Assembly (NCBI GenBank): GCA_965205865.1
Contig: CBDBHR010000025.1
Coordinates: 1 to 64,000, forward strand
Source: a bacterium
GTDB lineage: Bacteria; SAR324; NAC60-12
DNA: 64,000 nucleotides
Direction of reading: 5' to 3'
This document shows, in pieces, positions 10,648-21,919 of this stretch (position 1 is the first letter of the stretch; the number at the start of each line of letters is the position of its first letter). A model generated the notes under the pieces. It worked only from the letters and a program-made list of their open reading frames with translations, was not told the origin of the DNA and searched no databases. Both the position numbers and the translations under genes were made by a program.

Positions 10648-11397
10648 TTATTCGAAACTACGGCTTAGTTTCCGGGTAAAAAGACTTTCTTCAGAATCTA
10701 CCGCCGCCACCGTTTCTTCTATTTGAGGAACCGCGTGGCGGGCCAGCCAGGCATTGTAAGATTCTTCCGACTCGATTGTCACTCGGGCTGCCATCAAACC
10801 GTGGCCAATGCCACACATTTCCGCGCATTGCACGTCGAATTGCCCGGTCAGGATAGGTTCAAACCATCCGTTAATGGTTCTGCCGGGAATGGCATCCTGT
10901 TTCAAACGCAGAATGGGAATGGAAAAATCATGAAGGACGTCTCTCGACTGTAGTTCATAGTGATAAAGGGTATTGACTTTCAAGTGCAGGTCATTGATGG
11001 TGGCAACATCGTCTGCCGTATCCAGTTTGCCGTCAGGTCCGGAATGCACGAAGATCCAGGTCCATTGCTGAGCAACCACACGGATCTTGTCTTCCGGGGG
11101 GGGCAAGTCCATTTTCACGTCCATCCAAATTCTGACGGTGATAACTATGATAACCACATCACAAATTATCACCAAATAATGTGGCCAGTGGAGCCATCGC
11201 GTTTGATTATGCTCTTCTCCCGAAATGTATTGGGCTTTTACTCCCGGTTTTCTGCGGAAGCGGATGACAAAATAAAAAATAATAGCCTGTACCAGAATAA
11301 ACCAAAACCCAACAATGTAGGTGATCAATTCAAACAGAAAATCAATATCACTCCCAAATGTTGAACCATTTGGTATAAAAAACTCTATCATCCCCAT
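10648..11397 (-). CDS. coxB: Cytochrome c oxidase subunit II
   Basis: CuA ligands H...CAEMCGIGHGLM; two TM helices. Confidence 0.95.
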   Translation of the reverse strand: MGMIEFFIPNGSTFGSDIDFLFELITYIVGFWFILVQAIIFYFVIRFRRKPGVKAQYISGEEHNQTRWLHWPHYLVIICDVVIIVITVRIWMDVKMDLPPPEDKIRVVAQQWTWIFVHSGPDGKLDTADDVATINDLHLKVNTLYHYELQSRDVLHDFSIPILRLKQDAIPGRTINGWFEPILTGQFDVQCAEMCGIGHGLMAARVTIESEESYNAWLARHAVPQIEETVAAVDSEESLFTRKLSRSFE

Positions 11398-11463
11398 TAC
11401 TCCGTTGTCATTGTATCAATCGATCCTGTCGTCTTTCAGAAATTCAGAATGCATTGGTTGGCT

Positions 11464-11562
11464 TTACAGGATAAAAAAAATCACAGAAATCATGAAGAGG
11501 ATTGCTGTAGCTAACGTGATTTTGAAAACTTTTTTTGCTAAAATATCAGATTCGTTGTCCAT
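11464..11562 (-). CDS. 32-aa single-TM small protein
   Basis: GGAGG RBS; MDNESDILAKKVFKITLATAILFMISVIFFIL*. Confidence 0.55.
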   Translation of the reverse strand: MDNESDILAKKVFKITLATAILFMISVIFFIL

Positions 11563-11594
11563 TTTCCTCCAGAATTTCAAACCTTGACTTTTTG

Positions 11595-12506
11595 TCACAG
11601 ACTCCCCCATCCAGCCATCCTGTCCAGCACCATCGACAGCCAAAGCACCGGGAAGTATATAATAGATGCAAAGAAAACGACTCGCGCATTGACATTCGTT
11701 CTTCGTTTGAAAAAACGTAGTGTTGTTGCCAAAAACAGTATTCCCAATGCTAACGCGCATAATAAATACAGTATTCCGGTTTGTGACGTGAAAAACAAGC
11801 TGAGGCTGGCAAGGAAGAGGAGAAGCGTATTGAATATCATCTGTTGCCCGGTTTTCCGTCCGCTGGGATCTTCCAGAGAGAGCATACGGAAGCCCCCGTT
11901 TTTATAATCTTCACGGTACATCCAGGAAACTGCAAAGAAATGGGGTAGTTGCCACAAATAAAGGATTGCAAAAAGAGAGAGTGCTTGCCAATCCAGAGTC
12001 CCTCGCGCCGCTGTCCAACCCATCAAAGGAGGAAGAGCGCCGGGAATGGCGCCGACCCATGTATTCAAGACGGTCCGTCGTTTGAGAGGCGTATATATAT
12101 ATAGATAGGACGCCCAACTGGCAATCCCCAGCACTGTTGTGAGTAGATTGACTGTGAATGTCAAATAAAGCAATCCTGCGACAGAAATGATAAGTCCAAA
12201 TATCAACGCTTCATTATGGTTGAGCCGTCCCGAGGGAAGAGGACGATGTCGGGTCCGTTTCATTTGAGCATCGTATCCCCGCTCGTACCATTGGTTGAGC
12301 ACATTAGCCCCTGAACCCACACATGCCACACCTATGAGCACATTGAGAAATAAAAAGGTATCGCTTCCGGAGGCAAGATAAAACCCGATTCCCACGGTAA
12401 TGAGCACCAACAGCATCAAACGGAATTTGGTCAGTGCCAGATAATCAACGAGTTTGCCCCGTCCCAAGATTAAAATCGATTCAATTCCAATTGATTTTGC
12501 TTTCAT
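11595..12506 (-). CDS. ctaB: Protoheme IX farnesyltransferase (heme O synthase)
   Basis: NQWYERGYDAQMKRTRHRPLPSG; WQLPHF. Confidence 0.95.
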   Translation of the reverse strand: MKAKSIGIESILILGRGKLVDYLALTKFRLMLLVLITVGIGFYLASGSDTFLFLNVLIGVACVGSGANVLNQWYERGYDAQMKRTRHRPLPSGRLNHNEALIFGLIISVAGLLYLTFTVNLLTTVLGIASWASYLYIYTPLKRRTVLNTWVGAIPGALPPLMGWTAARGTLDWQALSLFAILYLWQLPHFFAVSWMYREDYKNGGFRMLSLEDPSGRKTGQQMIFNTLLLFLASLSLFFTSQTGILYLLCALALGILFLATTLRFFKRRTNVNARVVFFASIIYFPVLWLSMVLDRMAGWGSL

Positions 12507-12798
12507 TGCCTGTCAAAAAGAGTGCGTAATATCATGAGAAATTTAAAGACATGAGAAAATTCGCGGTCACTGAACATGTCCGGGTCCCCGATTTTTCGTT
12601 CTCAAATTGCTGCTCCATTCGATTCACGATCAATAATAATATTCATGCTGGCAAATTATTGAATGAATAAATTGGATATACAAGCTATTTTTTAGCAAAA
12701 TTTACTCAGACTCAAAGAAAGTTGATAGTGTCCGACTCGAACCGATTTTTATACAATTTGAATAGAAATTTGAGGACCCTTCAAAAATAGTAAAAAGT

Positions 12799-12906
12799 AG
12801 TTGACAGTTTGCCGCCTTTGTTGTCATTCCTACGCAGGCAGGAATCCAGTGGTAGTCACGAAGATGGATCCCCGCCTTCGCCAGGATGACAGAGGAACTG
12901 TCAACT
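12799..12906. repeat. REP doublet inside an AGTTGACAGTT inverted repeat (MITE-like)
   Basis: GTCATTCC...GGAATCCA...TGGATCCCCG...GGATGAC flanked by AGTTGACAGTT / AACTGTCAACT. Confidence 0.7.
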
Positions 12907-13145
12907 GGAAAATAAAAGACGCCGAAATTTGTAAAAAATTATGCGTAATTTTGGAAAAAAACTGATAATACTGGATCGGTCCATCTTTTTTGTCTTCAAT
13001 CGAAACTCGAGACTTGCCATATGGATGTGATTGATCTCACTTTTATGCCTCTCAAAGCTATATCGAGCAAATATTTGTTCCTTGCTCTACTTCCGGATTG
13101 ACGGATCTGTTTGCGGATTGTTCCGTAGATTACGAAGGAACTGAC

Positions 13146-16100
13146 ATGCCCGGACAATTGTTCACCCTTTATTTCCTCACTGACGGAATCAAAACCACTG
13201 TCGAGTGGCAGGAGTCGGTCAAAAACCCTGAGCGATTCGAGACCTTCCGAAGTGAAATCTCAACGCGATTGGAATCCTTCACAGCCTTCACCGAACCCAA
13301 CGAGGCCGTCACTGAGCAGGAACTCATCCGACCCATCCTCGATCTGCTCGGCTGGCAGGACTACCTCCCACAGCAGAGCGTCTCCGGCGGCGAAGACATA
13401 CCCGATAACCTGCTGTTCGAGGATGCCGACTCCAAGACCCGCGCCGCCTCCCGTACCGACCCCGAGGCTCGCTTTCACGACGCGCTGCTCGTGCAGGAAA
13501 GCAAGCGATTCGGCCTCCCTCTCGACTCCGCGACAGCAGCGACCAATCCCAGCGCAGTTCACCACACGCGCAGATCCTGCGCTACCTGCAGACCGCCGAT
13601 ACCGTTTCCGAGGGGCGCATCCGATTCGGCATTCTCACCAACGGTTCCGACTGGCGTCTGTACGACCAACGCGCCCGTCCACGAGCCAGTGGCTATTTCG
13701 AGGCCGATCTTCGCACGATGATCGACCACGAAAACGTGAATGACCTCCGCGCGTTCTACCTGCTCTTCCGCCGGCAGTCGTTTATTCCCCGACCTGGCGC
13801 AACAGCGACCTTCATCGAGTCCGCGCTTACCGAAGGCCGACGCTACGAGGAGCAGGTCGCCCAGGATCTCTCAATCGTCGTTTTCGATCGCGTCTTCCCG
13901 AACTTGGTCGACGCCCTGGCAAAAGCAGTGGTCGTTGGTCAATGGCCAATGATCAGAGAAGAGAATAACAGAGGACCGGCCCTGCAAGAAATCCGCGACG
14001 TGGCCCTGATTTTTTTGTACCGTCTGCTCTTCATTCTCTACGCCGAGGACAGGGGCTTGTTGCCTGTCAATGACTCGCGCTACGACGACTACGGACTGCG
14101 TAAGCGGGTGCGTGACGACGTTGCGAACAGGACGGCGGAGGGAGACGCCTTCTCCAGCGTTGCAAACAACTATTACAACCGCCTGATTGAACTGTTCCAC
14201 CTGATCGACAAAGGCGACTCTTCCATCGGTCTGCCGCCCTACAACGGTGGTCTTTTCGCTTCTGAAACCGCTCCCTTATTGGAAAAAGTCCGTCTCGCGG
14301 ACGCGAAAATCGCCCCCATCATCTACGACCTGAGTCATATAGAAACGGATGGCGCGCGCCGCTTCGTCAACTACCGCGATATGTCCGTGCAGCAACTCGG
14401 CTCGATCTACGAGCGGCTGCTGGAACGCGAACCATTCCTCGATGCGGACGGCAATGTAATCATCCGTCCCAACTCCTATGCCCGCAAGGACAGCGGCAGC
14501 TTCTACACGCCCCAGGAACTGGTAGACCTGATTGTCGACCGCACTTTGAAGCCGCTGGCGGAAGAACGTCTGAAGGCTTTCGAAGACAAAGCCATCGCCC
14601 TGAAAAGCGACCGTCGTCCCAAGAACCAACGCCTGGCCGAACTGAAAAAGCTCGACCCGGCAGAAGCCGTCCTGGATCTCAAAGTGCTGGACCCGGCCAT
14701 GGGCAGTGGACACTTCCTCGTCACTGCCGTGGACTTTCTTTCCGATTATATTGCCGGGTTGATCGAGTATGTACCCGCCGTGCCCGATTGGTTAGACAGC
14801 GCGTATGTCTCGCCGCTGGTGGAGCGCATCTCGGCCATCAGGCGCGACATCATCCACAGGGCCAGGGAAGCGAACTGGGTCTTGAACGAGGCGCAACTGA
14901 CGGACCAGGCCATCATCCGCCGTATGGTACTCAAGCGCTGTATCTACGGCGTCGATAAAAACCGCATGAGCGTCGAGTTGGCCAAGGTTTCCCTCTGGCT
15001 ACACAGCTTCACCGTCGGCGCTCCCTTGTCCTTCCTCGACCACCACCTGCGCTGTGGCGACTCGCTGGTCGGCCTGAAGGTGACGGATGCAATTGACGAA
15101 TTGAACAGGCTCAGTGGTCTGTTCGTAAGCAGCGCCATTGCCGGGGCGGAAGGTGCTGCGGCCGGTATGCGACTGATCGAAGAGATGTCTGACGCCGACA
15201 TTGCCGAGGTGCGGAATTCGGCGGCGCTATTCGGAGAAGTTGTGGAGACGACCGCCGACCTGCAAGGTCTGCTCGATTTCCTTTGCGGCTTTCGCTGGAT
15301 CACCGCAGGAATGAAAAAGAAGCAACGCGACTCCCTCGAGAGTCCTCTCATCAATGCACTGCAGGAGGATCTACAGAAAGCCTACGTCCTGCTATCTCAC
15401 GGTCCCCCCAATCAGACGGAAACAAGCCATAGGGACAATTCTCGCAATCGTACTGATCATGACGAATCCGCCTGTACGGGGGCTGCTTTTTCCGAATCAT
15501 CGATATTCGAGCAAATATGGCAGGACACCAAATCCATAGCCCGTCGTGAGGAATTCCTGCACTGGGAGGTCGCTTTTCCTGGAGTGTGGCAATATTGGCA
15601 GAACAAACGCCCTCAGGGTGGTTTTGACGCCGTCATCGGTAATCCGCCGTGGGACCGCATCAAATTGCAGGAGGTGGAGTGGTTTGCCACTCGCGTCCCT
15701 GAGTTGGCCCACGCCGCCACTGCCGCTGCGCGGAGAAACGGTATTCAGCAATTACGTCATCAGGGAGATCCTCTTGCAGAGAAATTCGACGCGGCGAAGG
15801 AGCGGGCGGATAAGTTAGGCCAATGGTTTCGCGCCTCCGGCAACTATCCGTTGCTCGGTGGAGGCGACATCAACCTCTACTCCCTTTTCGTCGAGCGGGC
15901 CATGAGCCTCGTCAAGCCCGACGGCATCGTCGGTCTGCTCACCCCATCCGGTATCTACGCCGACAAGACTGCTGCCCAATTCTTCAAATCGGTCTCCAGC
16001 GCGGGGCGCGTAGCCGGTCTGTTCGATTTTGAGAATAAGAAAATTTTCTTCAAGGACATTCACGCTTCTTTCAAGTTTTGCGCCTTGATATTCGGTGGTG

Positions 16101-17272
16101 AGCAACGACGATTCGACGAGACGAGCTGCGCTTTTTTCCTGCGCGACACCGCGGCCATCAACGACCCGCAGCGCTGCTTCCCGCTCACGCCTGAGGACTT
16201 CGCCCGGGTCAATCCCAACACCGGCACCTCCCCCGTCTTCCGTACTCGCCGCGACGCCGAGATCACTCTTTGCATCTACGAACGGCATCCCGTGCTGGTG
16301 GACCGCTCACAGGGCGAGGAGCGCTGTGCTTGGCCGGTGAAGTACCTGCGCATGTTCGACATGACCAACGACTCCCACCTCTTTCGTACCGCCACGCAAC
16401 TCGAAGCGGATGGCTTCTACCCCGTTCAAGGCAACCACTGGAAACGAGGGAAGGAATTGTATCTGCCACTTTACGAAGGAAAAATGGTGCAAGCGTTCGA
16501 CCACCGGGCGGCAAGTGTAGTCGTCAACCCGGATAATCTGAACCGACCCGCTCAGCCGCGAGAGGCAACGAATGCGCAGCATGTAAATCCTGGTTGGTTG
16601 CCGAACCCACAGTTTTTTGTAAATGAAAATTCTTTTGAATGGTATAGAGGGTTAGACTGGACAGTGTCTTTCAAGGACGTTACCGCGCCGACGAATATCC
16701 GCACAATGATTGCCTCCATTGTTCCCCGTTCAGGATTTGGCAATACGTTGCCCATCCTTGTACCGTTGGCGTATGACATTCAAGGTTATCGAGAGAGCGC
16801 ATGGCTCTGGGCAGCTTGTTTGAATTCATTCGCTTTTGACTTTACGGCACGGCAAAAAGTGCAAGGTCAGCATCTGAATTGGTACATCCTCGAACAACTT
16901 CCCGTCATCGCGTCCGACGGGTATGAGCGCCGATTCGGCGATATAAGCGCCCGCGAGTTAGTGCGCGACCACGTGCTGCGGCTCACCTACACGGCCCACG
17001 ACATGGCGCCCTTCGCCCGTGACCTCGGCTACGACGGTCCGCCGTTTATCTGGAACGAAGAAGAACGTCGCCACCTGCGCGCCCGTCTCGACGCGCTCTA
17101 CTTCCACCTCTACGGTCTCGACCGGGAGGACGCCGCTTATATCTTCGACACCTTCCCCATCGTCCGCAAGCAAGACCAAGCCGCGTTTGGCCACTACCGC
17201 ACCAAAACCATGATTCTCGCCTACATGAACGCTTTAGCTGCCAGTGACACGGAGACGGTAGTGAAGGTGTAA
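13146..17272 (+). pseudogene. Type IIG (Eco57I-like) fused restriction-modification enzyme, frameshift near 13529
   Basis: N-terminal PD...ESK nuclease; continues in another frame (QILRYL...GILTNG); MTase motifs DPAMGSGHF and NPPW. Confidence 0.85.
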
Positions 17273-17287
17273 GCTATATCGGGATAA

Positions 17288-17508
17288 TCTGAATTATAAG
17301 ATGCAATACTTTTAACAGTTTTGAAATACCTATGAAGTATTCTTTGTTCTGTACACAGAATCAATGTCATTCCTGGCTTGCCCAGGAATCCAGGGGGCCT
17401 GCCAAAGAACTTCTGGATGCCTGATCAAGTCATGCATGACACGGTCATCGGGATTGCTTGAATTATTTCAAACTTAGAAACTGACTCAGAGTTGTAAATA
17501 ATTCAGAT
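17288..17508. repeat. REP doublet inside an ATCTGAATTAT inverted repeat
   Basis: TGTCATTCCTGGCTTG...CATGACA core related to the copies at 48581 and 59307. Confidence 0.6.
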
Positions 17509-17615
17509 ACTTTTTCTAAGTATTTGAAATGATTTATTTTCAATTTATTATGAATTAAAAAAAATGTCAGAACCATTGAGATGGTCAGGATTCGGCAATC
17601 GACTTGCAAAGGAAC

Positions 17616-18160
17616 TCATCCACTACGCAGACGATCGAAACCGATTCTTGATCTGACGACAAACGGAGTGACCGTTATGTTCTTGTATTCCTCGGAAGAA
17701 AGCCTTTGAACCGGCTTTACAGGCTGCTTGTCAAATCTCGTACTGATCCTCTCACTGATCATGACATATCGCAACGGTATTTCCGATTGGATAGGATCGT
17801 CTGTAAAATGAAGTTCACATATCCTGCGAAAGTACTCCAAGAACGGAACAGACCTGCGCAGCTGATCCATTGCATACTCTTTTCTTCACCCAAGGTTCGT
17901 TTCAGCTCAATGAATACGGCATGATCGACGCCGTCATCCTCGATCACTATCAGATAGTCGCAGTGTCTCTTCCATTTCCCTTTTTCTAGGCCTGATAAAC
18001 TACCGATCCTGTTCATGTTTATAACGGTTATGTCAGCAGGGACTCCAAAAACTTCTACTTTCATCACATTTTTTTCTCTGAGAATCATCATGCCTTTGCT
18101 CGATGGCGATACCAGAGCCTTGTCAGCAAGAATCCCTTTGAGGCAAGAACTAATGTTCAT
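17616..18160 (-). pseudogene. Small PD-(D/E)xK-like nuclease, frameshift near 17875
   Basis: CDYLIV...VFIELK motif in ORF 17759..18160; C-terminus continues as ORF 17616..17870. Confidence 0.6.
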
Positions 18161-18162
18161 TT

Positions 18163-19590
18163 CTACTCCGCATCATCCGATACTCGCGATACGAGCTCGT
18201 TTGCCACGCTATTGATCTCGTCGATGGTTTTGTCGAAGACCGGCATATCGATGCCAAGCGCATCCACCTTACATCGGGTCAGACTATTATTCTCGGCTAC
18301 GTACGCGCGGACAGAATCGGGAGACAGGAAGTCGTCTGCCTGGTACTTCAACTTCCTGACAACAGCGTCCTTATCCGCAAACGATTTGCTCAACATGACG
18401 AGGTTGTTGAACTCCTTGATGAGGTAGTCACTGTGCGTGGTAATGAGCACCTTCAAACCGGCCCGCACGAAACGCGCCAGCAACCGCGCCAATTGTATCT
18501 GGTTGGCGGTGTCGAGATGACTCTCGGGCTCGTCGATAATGAGGAGATTTCCCTTTTTCGCCACGTGTTGCAGGAAAAAGTAGAAATCCGACAATCCACG
18601 GGCCGAGGAGGATGCAAGATGCAAGGGGATATTGAAGCTGCGTCCCTTACCTCGCGACTTCGAGATGAAACGTATCTCGTCACCGGATGCCCTGTAATAG
18701 CCGTCCATCATATCCTTGATATGGTCGAAAAGTTTGTGGTCATGGATCTCGCTTATGTTTCCTCTCCGGTCGGGAATGCTTCTCGTATAGTCGATGTTGT
18801 CCTTGATCGGCATCGCGTAGCGGCTAGTCGCTTTGTCTATGAACAGATAGGGAGAAATCCTCTCCCTGTTTTTGTCGTCGCCCAATTTCTGCAACAGGTC
18901 GACCAATTGGTTCTTTTTGAAGTCCAGTTCTCTGTAGAAAAGCGATATTCCGAAACGTTCGGCAGAAAGGATGAAAGGCTCAGGAAATAGATCTCCACAC
19001 AAAAACATCAAGTAAATATAAGCAATATGGAAACGCAGGTCGTAGATATTAGCTTTCTTATCTTGCTTCTCAAGACTTATTCGAAGTTCCTTTCCATCAT
19101 GCTCGATTGAAAGGATAACTCCTTCGGCGTTCACTTTTAAAGGCCGGAGATTGTTAGCATTGTCTTCGTGGAGATTCACCTCTATGGAGGCTCCTTCGAA
19201 ATCATGGTGCTGGGAACTGAACACTCCAGGCAAAAATTCTTTCGAGAAAGTACGGGCGATTGCCTGAATCACTTCCCTCCCTTGCCGTTCAAGGATTTGT
19301 TCATCCAGCAAAAGGCTGGCGTGATCTTCTTGGAGAAGCTTCTCCGCGATGCTCCTTAAATCAGGGAACTGAGCATCAGGGAATCTCTTGTCCATCAAGA
19401 AAAGATGGAAATTAGACGAATTCAACATCTTCAGGAAACCATAGAGCGTATAGACGACGTACGTCTTGCCGGTGTTGTTGCGGCCTGCAATAATTGTCAG
19501 ATCGCCAAGCTCGAGTTCAGCGTCTTTTACGGGTCCGATATTTTTGAATCGAAACGTTGCGCCGGGTGCTGGCTTTGGACTATGTCCCAT
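18163..19590 (-). CDS. AAA_15/AAA_21-type ATPase
   Basis: Walker A GRNNTGKT, signature-like ASSSA, Walker B IIDEPESHL, TTHS. Confidence 0.9.
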   Translation of the reverse strand: MGHSPKPAPGATFRFKNIGPVKDAELELGDLTIIAGRNNTGKTYVVYTLYGFLKMLNSSNFHLFLMDKRFPDAQFPDLRSIAEKLLQEDHASLLLDEQILERQGREVIQAIARTFSKEFLPGVFSSQHHDFEGASIEVNLHEDNANNLRPLKVNAEGVILSIEHDGKELRISLEKQDKKANIYDLRFHIAYIYLMFLCGDLFPEPFILSAERFGISLFYRELDFKKNQLVDLLQKLGDDKNRERISPYLFIDKATSRYAMPIKDNIDYTRSIPDRRGNISEIHDHKLFDHIKDMMDGYYRASGDEIRFISKSRGKGRSFNIPLHLASSSARGLSDFYFFLQHVAKKGNLLIIDEPESHLDTANQIQLARLLARFVRAGLKVLITTHSDYLIKEFNNLVMLSKSFADKDAVVRKLKYQADDFLSPDSVRAYVAENNSLTRCKVDALGIDMPVFDKTIDEINSVANELVSRVSDDAE

Positions 19591-19780
19591 TTTTATACCT
19601 GACTTTCTTTTCGTGATTCTTTCCACAATCCGTGAACCCACTCTGAAAACAGCTTTTCAGCCGACATACGCTTCCTTTTGTCATCGGACTCAACAGATCC
19701 TATTACCGCTTCGTATTTTATAATAAATTTTGCCATTCTTTCCTGGATAACTTCAAATAGCGATTGTAATTCCATAGCGT

Positions 19781-20029
19781 TCAGTAATAAAAGAATCGGT
19801 ATCCGCTGCCGCAAACGAAACGGTCGTCGTTTACGCCGAATAACAACCAGCCACACTCTCGCTGCTTCAAGCTGGCTTCGTTGGACAGGGCAGAGAAGTA
19901 CTTACCCAATTTATTGAAGTCGAAATCGTTTTTCGCTTCTTTGAACTCGACGCATTCCGTTTCATGCGGAAGCTTTAACAAAGAATCGAGTTGTTTGAGT
20001 AATTGTGATTTGTCTTGGTATTTTGCCAT
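19781..20029 (-). pseudogene. Truncated AlbA/Schlafen-domain protein
   Basis: ETECVEFKEAK...YFSALSNEA...LLFGVNDD; stops after 82 aa. Confidence 0.75.
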
Positions 20030-20080
20030 TTTGCTCCTTATTTGGAGGGAGTCGTGTTGGTGAACGAAATGCGCAATGAG

Positions 20081-20418
20081 TCAATCATTATCATAATTCT
20101 TCGCAAAGATTAGTTCAACGTCATGGCTATCAATCACTCCTGAGACCGCAGGCTTTGCGAGCAAACGTTCGATGTGGCGCCGACGGAAATTTAAGAGGTG
20201 AAACAAACGAGTTCGCTCTGAAAGCTTTGGAAGACATCCCAACCAGTCCTTTTTCACCCAACGGTAGAATAGACGATTCCCTAATCCCCTCAAGGTAAAT
20301 AACATCTCCAAGTGTCGACTTTACGGGGATACAAGGGAGCTTGGGAATGCTTGACAACATTCACAATTCATCAATCTATACTCACAATCAGTTCTGTGAT
20401 AAAGTCTTCCTCAGCCAT
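20081..20418 (-). pseudogene. Degraded transposase (IS982-like) N-terminal fragment
   Basis: MAEEDFITELI..KHSQAPLYP / FYRW..LSERTRLF..GVIDS with stops and frameshifts. Confidence 0.55.
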
Positions 20419-20609
20419 GGATCTCCTCTATGAAAAGATTTTTACTCTTTTTTATCATAGGATGAGAAACCATCGTAAGCGGAGTCAAAGGACCTGTTAA
20501 AAAAGTGCTTTAGAAGTGCATCTTGTTGGTAAATGAGCAATCTCCGCTAAAATACAAAGTTTAATTTTTTTCTAAATCTTAGGAATTTGCATTCTTTTTT
20601 ACATTGATT

Positions 20610-20753
20610 GTAATTATTCTGGTGCGAAAACACTGGGCTAGAGGTCGACAGAACCTCTAAATTGCGTCAATATACCTTAAAAGTGGATGATTTAGTGCGC
20701 TTTTTCTAAGGAAAATACCCACAAACCCAGGAAACTCGCACCTGAATAGTTAC
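20610..20753. mobile_element. ~144-bp MITE with GTAA(C/T)TATTC(A/T)GGTGCGA termini
   Basis: 18-bp terminal IR with 2 mismatches; right half repeated at 22049-22125. Confidence 0.75.
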
Positions 20754-20779
20754 AAATACAATTTAATCATTTAATCAAA

Positions 20780-21471
20780 GTCACCGTAAAGAACTGACTT
20801 ATAGTGGTTTCCAGCCACCTTTCGTCATTCCTCCGGTACAGATCCGGACCTGCGCTGCTAACGCATCCGGCTCCTGCTTCGAGTCAGACGCTCAAACGTT
20901 GCCGTTTGGCGCACCCTGCTTAAACCGCTCTCTGATTTTACCGGCCTCTGAGTTACGAACACAGGAGGGCAAGCAGAATTCCTCTCAGCCAAGTCCCTTT
21001 GCTCCACAGGCTCCGTTGATTTCCTTTGCATTGTTACTCTCTGCAAATGATCTCATTGTTCGCCGCTTCATCGCTACTACGAACTTGTCCGACTTCCTGA
21101 AGACGTAGATATCGGGGTTATTTATTAATTTTCCCGATCCGACTACCAATGGAATGTTGACAGTCGTCTTCAGGATCTCCCAGGTTCCGATCAAGAAACT
21201 TCCACACATGCGCCGGGTCTTTGACTCCGCCAGGCTCGACCGAGACTCGCGCTAACGCCTTCGGTCGATATTGCCTTCCCCACCAGACCACAAGGTCAGC
21301 GCCTGAAACTATGATTTCGGAGCTCAATACCGAGCCTATGTTCTCCCCTGTCAACGCTTAGCGCCTATCCTTGCGAATAACCACTCATGACTCGGGGACT
21401 CGGCGGGTCGTTACTGCCTTACCGAGTAAGAGACTTTCACTCTCTATTTCTTGCCAGCTATCCTGGCGCAC
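20780..21471 (-). ncRNA. ORF-less group II intron (IIB, class E-like)
   Basis: 5' GTGCGCCAGG; D5 GAGCCGGATGCG...GGTCCGGATC; D6 stem with bulged A 8 nt from the GGTGAC end; only fused N- and C-terminal RT remnants remain. Confidence 0.8.
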
Positions 21472-21550
21472 AGCCTGCTTCCTTCTCTTCATAGTATTCA
21501 ATAGCCTGATCAAATTCTGATTCAGCTTCCGGATGAAACAAAAATTTCAT
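21472..21550 (-). pseudogene. ParE/RelE-like toxin 5' fragment interrupted by the intron
   Basis: MKFLFHPEAESEFDQAIEYYEEKEAG, start overlaps the antitoxin stop. Confidence 0.75.
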
Positions 21551-21771
21551 AAGGAAAATCTCTTCCAAATTTTTTTAAATACTTCATCTCCTGGAATAGC
21601 CGCCACCTCACCGGACCTCAACTCTTTCAGTCTCCGCTTTGTAACGGCTGCCCATTTTTGATCAATATCTGATTCAGGGGGGTTAAGGCTTTTCAGTAGC
21701 GAATCAACCACGATCACCCTCTCTTCAACTGGAAGAGAAATCGCCTCCGCTATTAGGTCTTTGGTCTTCAT
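21547..21771 (-). CDS. Addiction module antitoxin (TIGR02574-like)
   Basis: LPVEER...LLKSL...IDQKW...RRLKELRSG...IPGDEV. Confidence 0.85.
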   Translation of the reverse strand: MKTKDLIAEAISLPVEERVIVVDSLLKSLNPPESDIDQKWAAVTKRRLKELRSGEVAAIPGDEVFKKIWKRFSL

Positions 21772-21859
21772 CGTATCTCCAATATAATTTATGAAAATGT
21801 GAATGAGCATTGAGAAAGCAAGATTTTGTTGTTTCCAACTAGTCTCCTTGAGCATTGTA

Positions 21860-21919
21860 CCTAAATCCTGCAATTAGATGACAATCAAACATGGAAATGG
21901 TAATATACTCAAATAGTTA
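21860..21919 (+). mobile_element. Orphan left end of the IS1380 element
   Basis: 60 bp matching 44093-44152. Confidence 0.9.
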
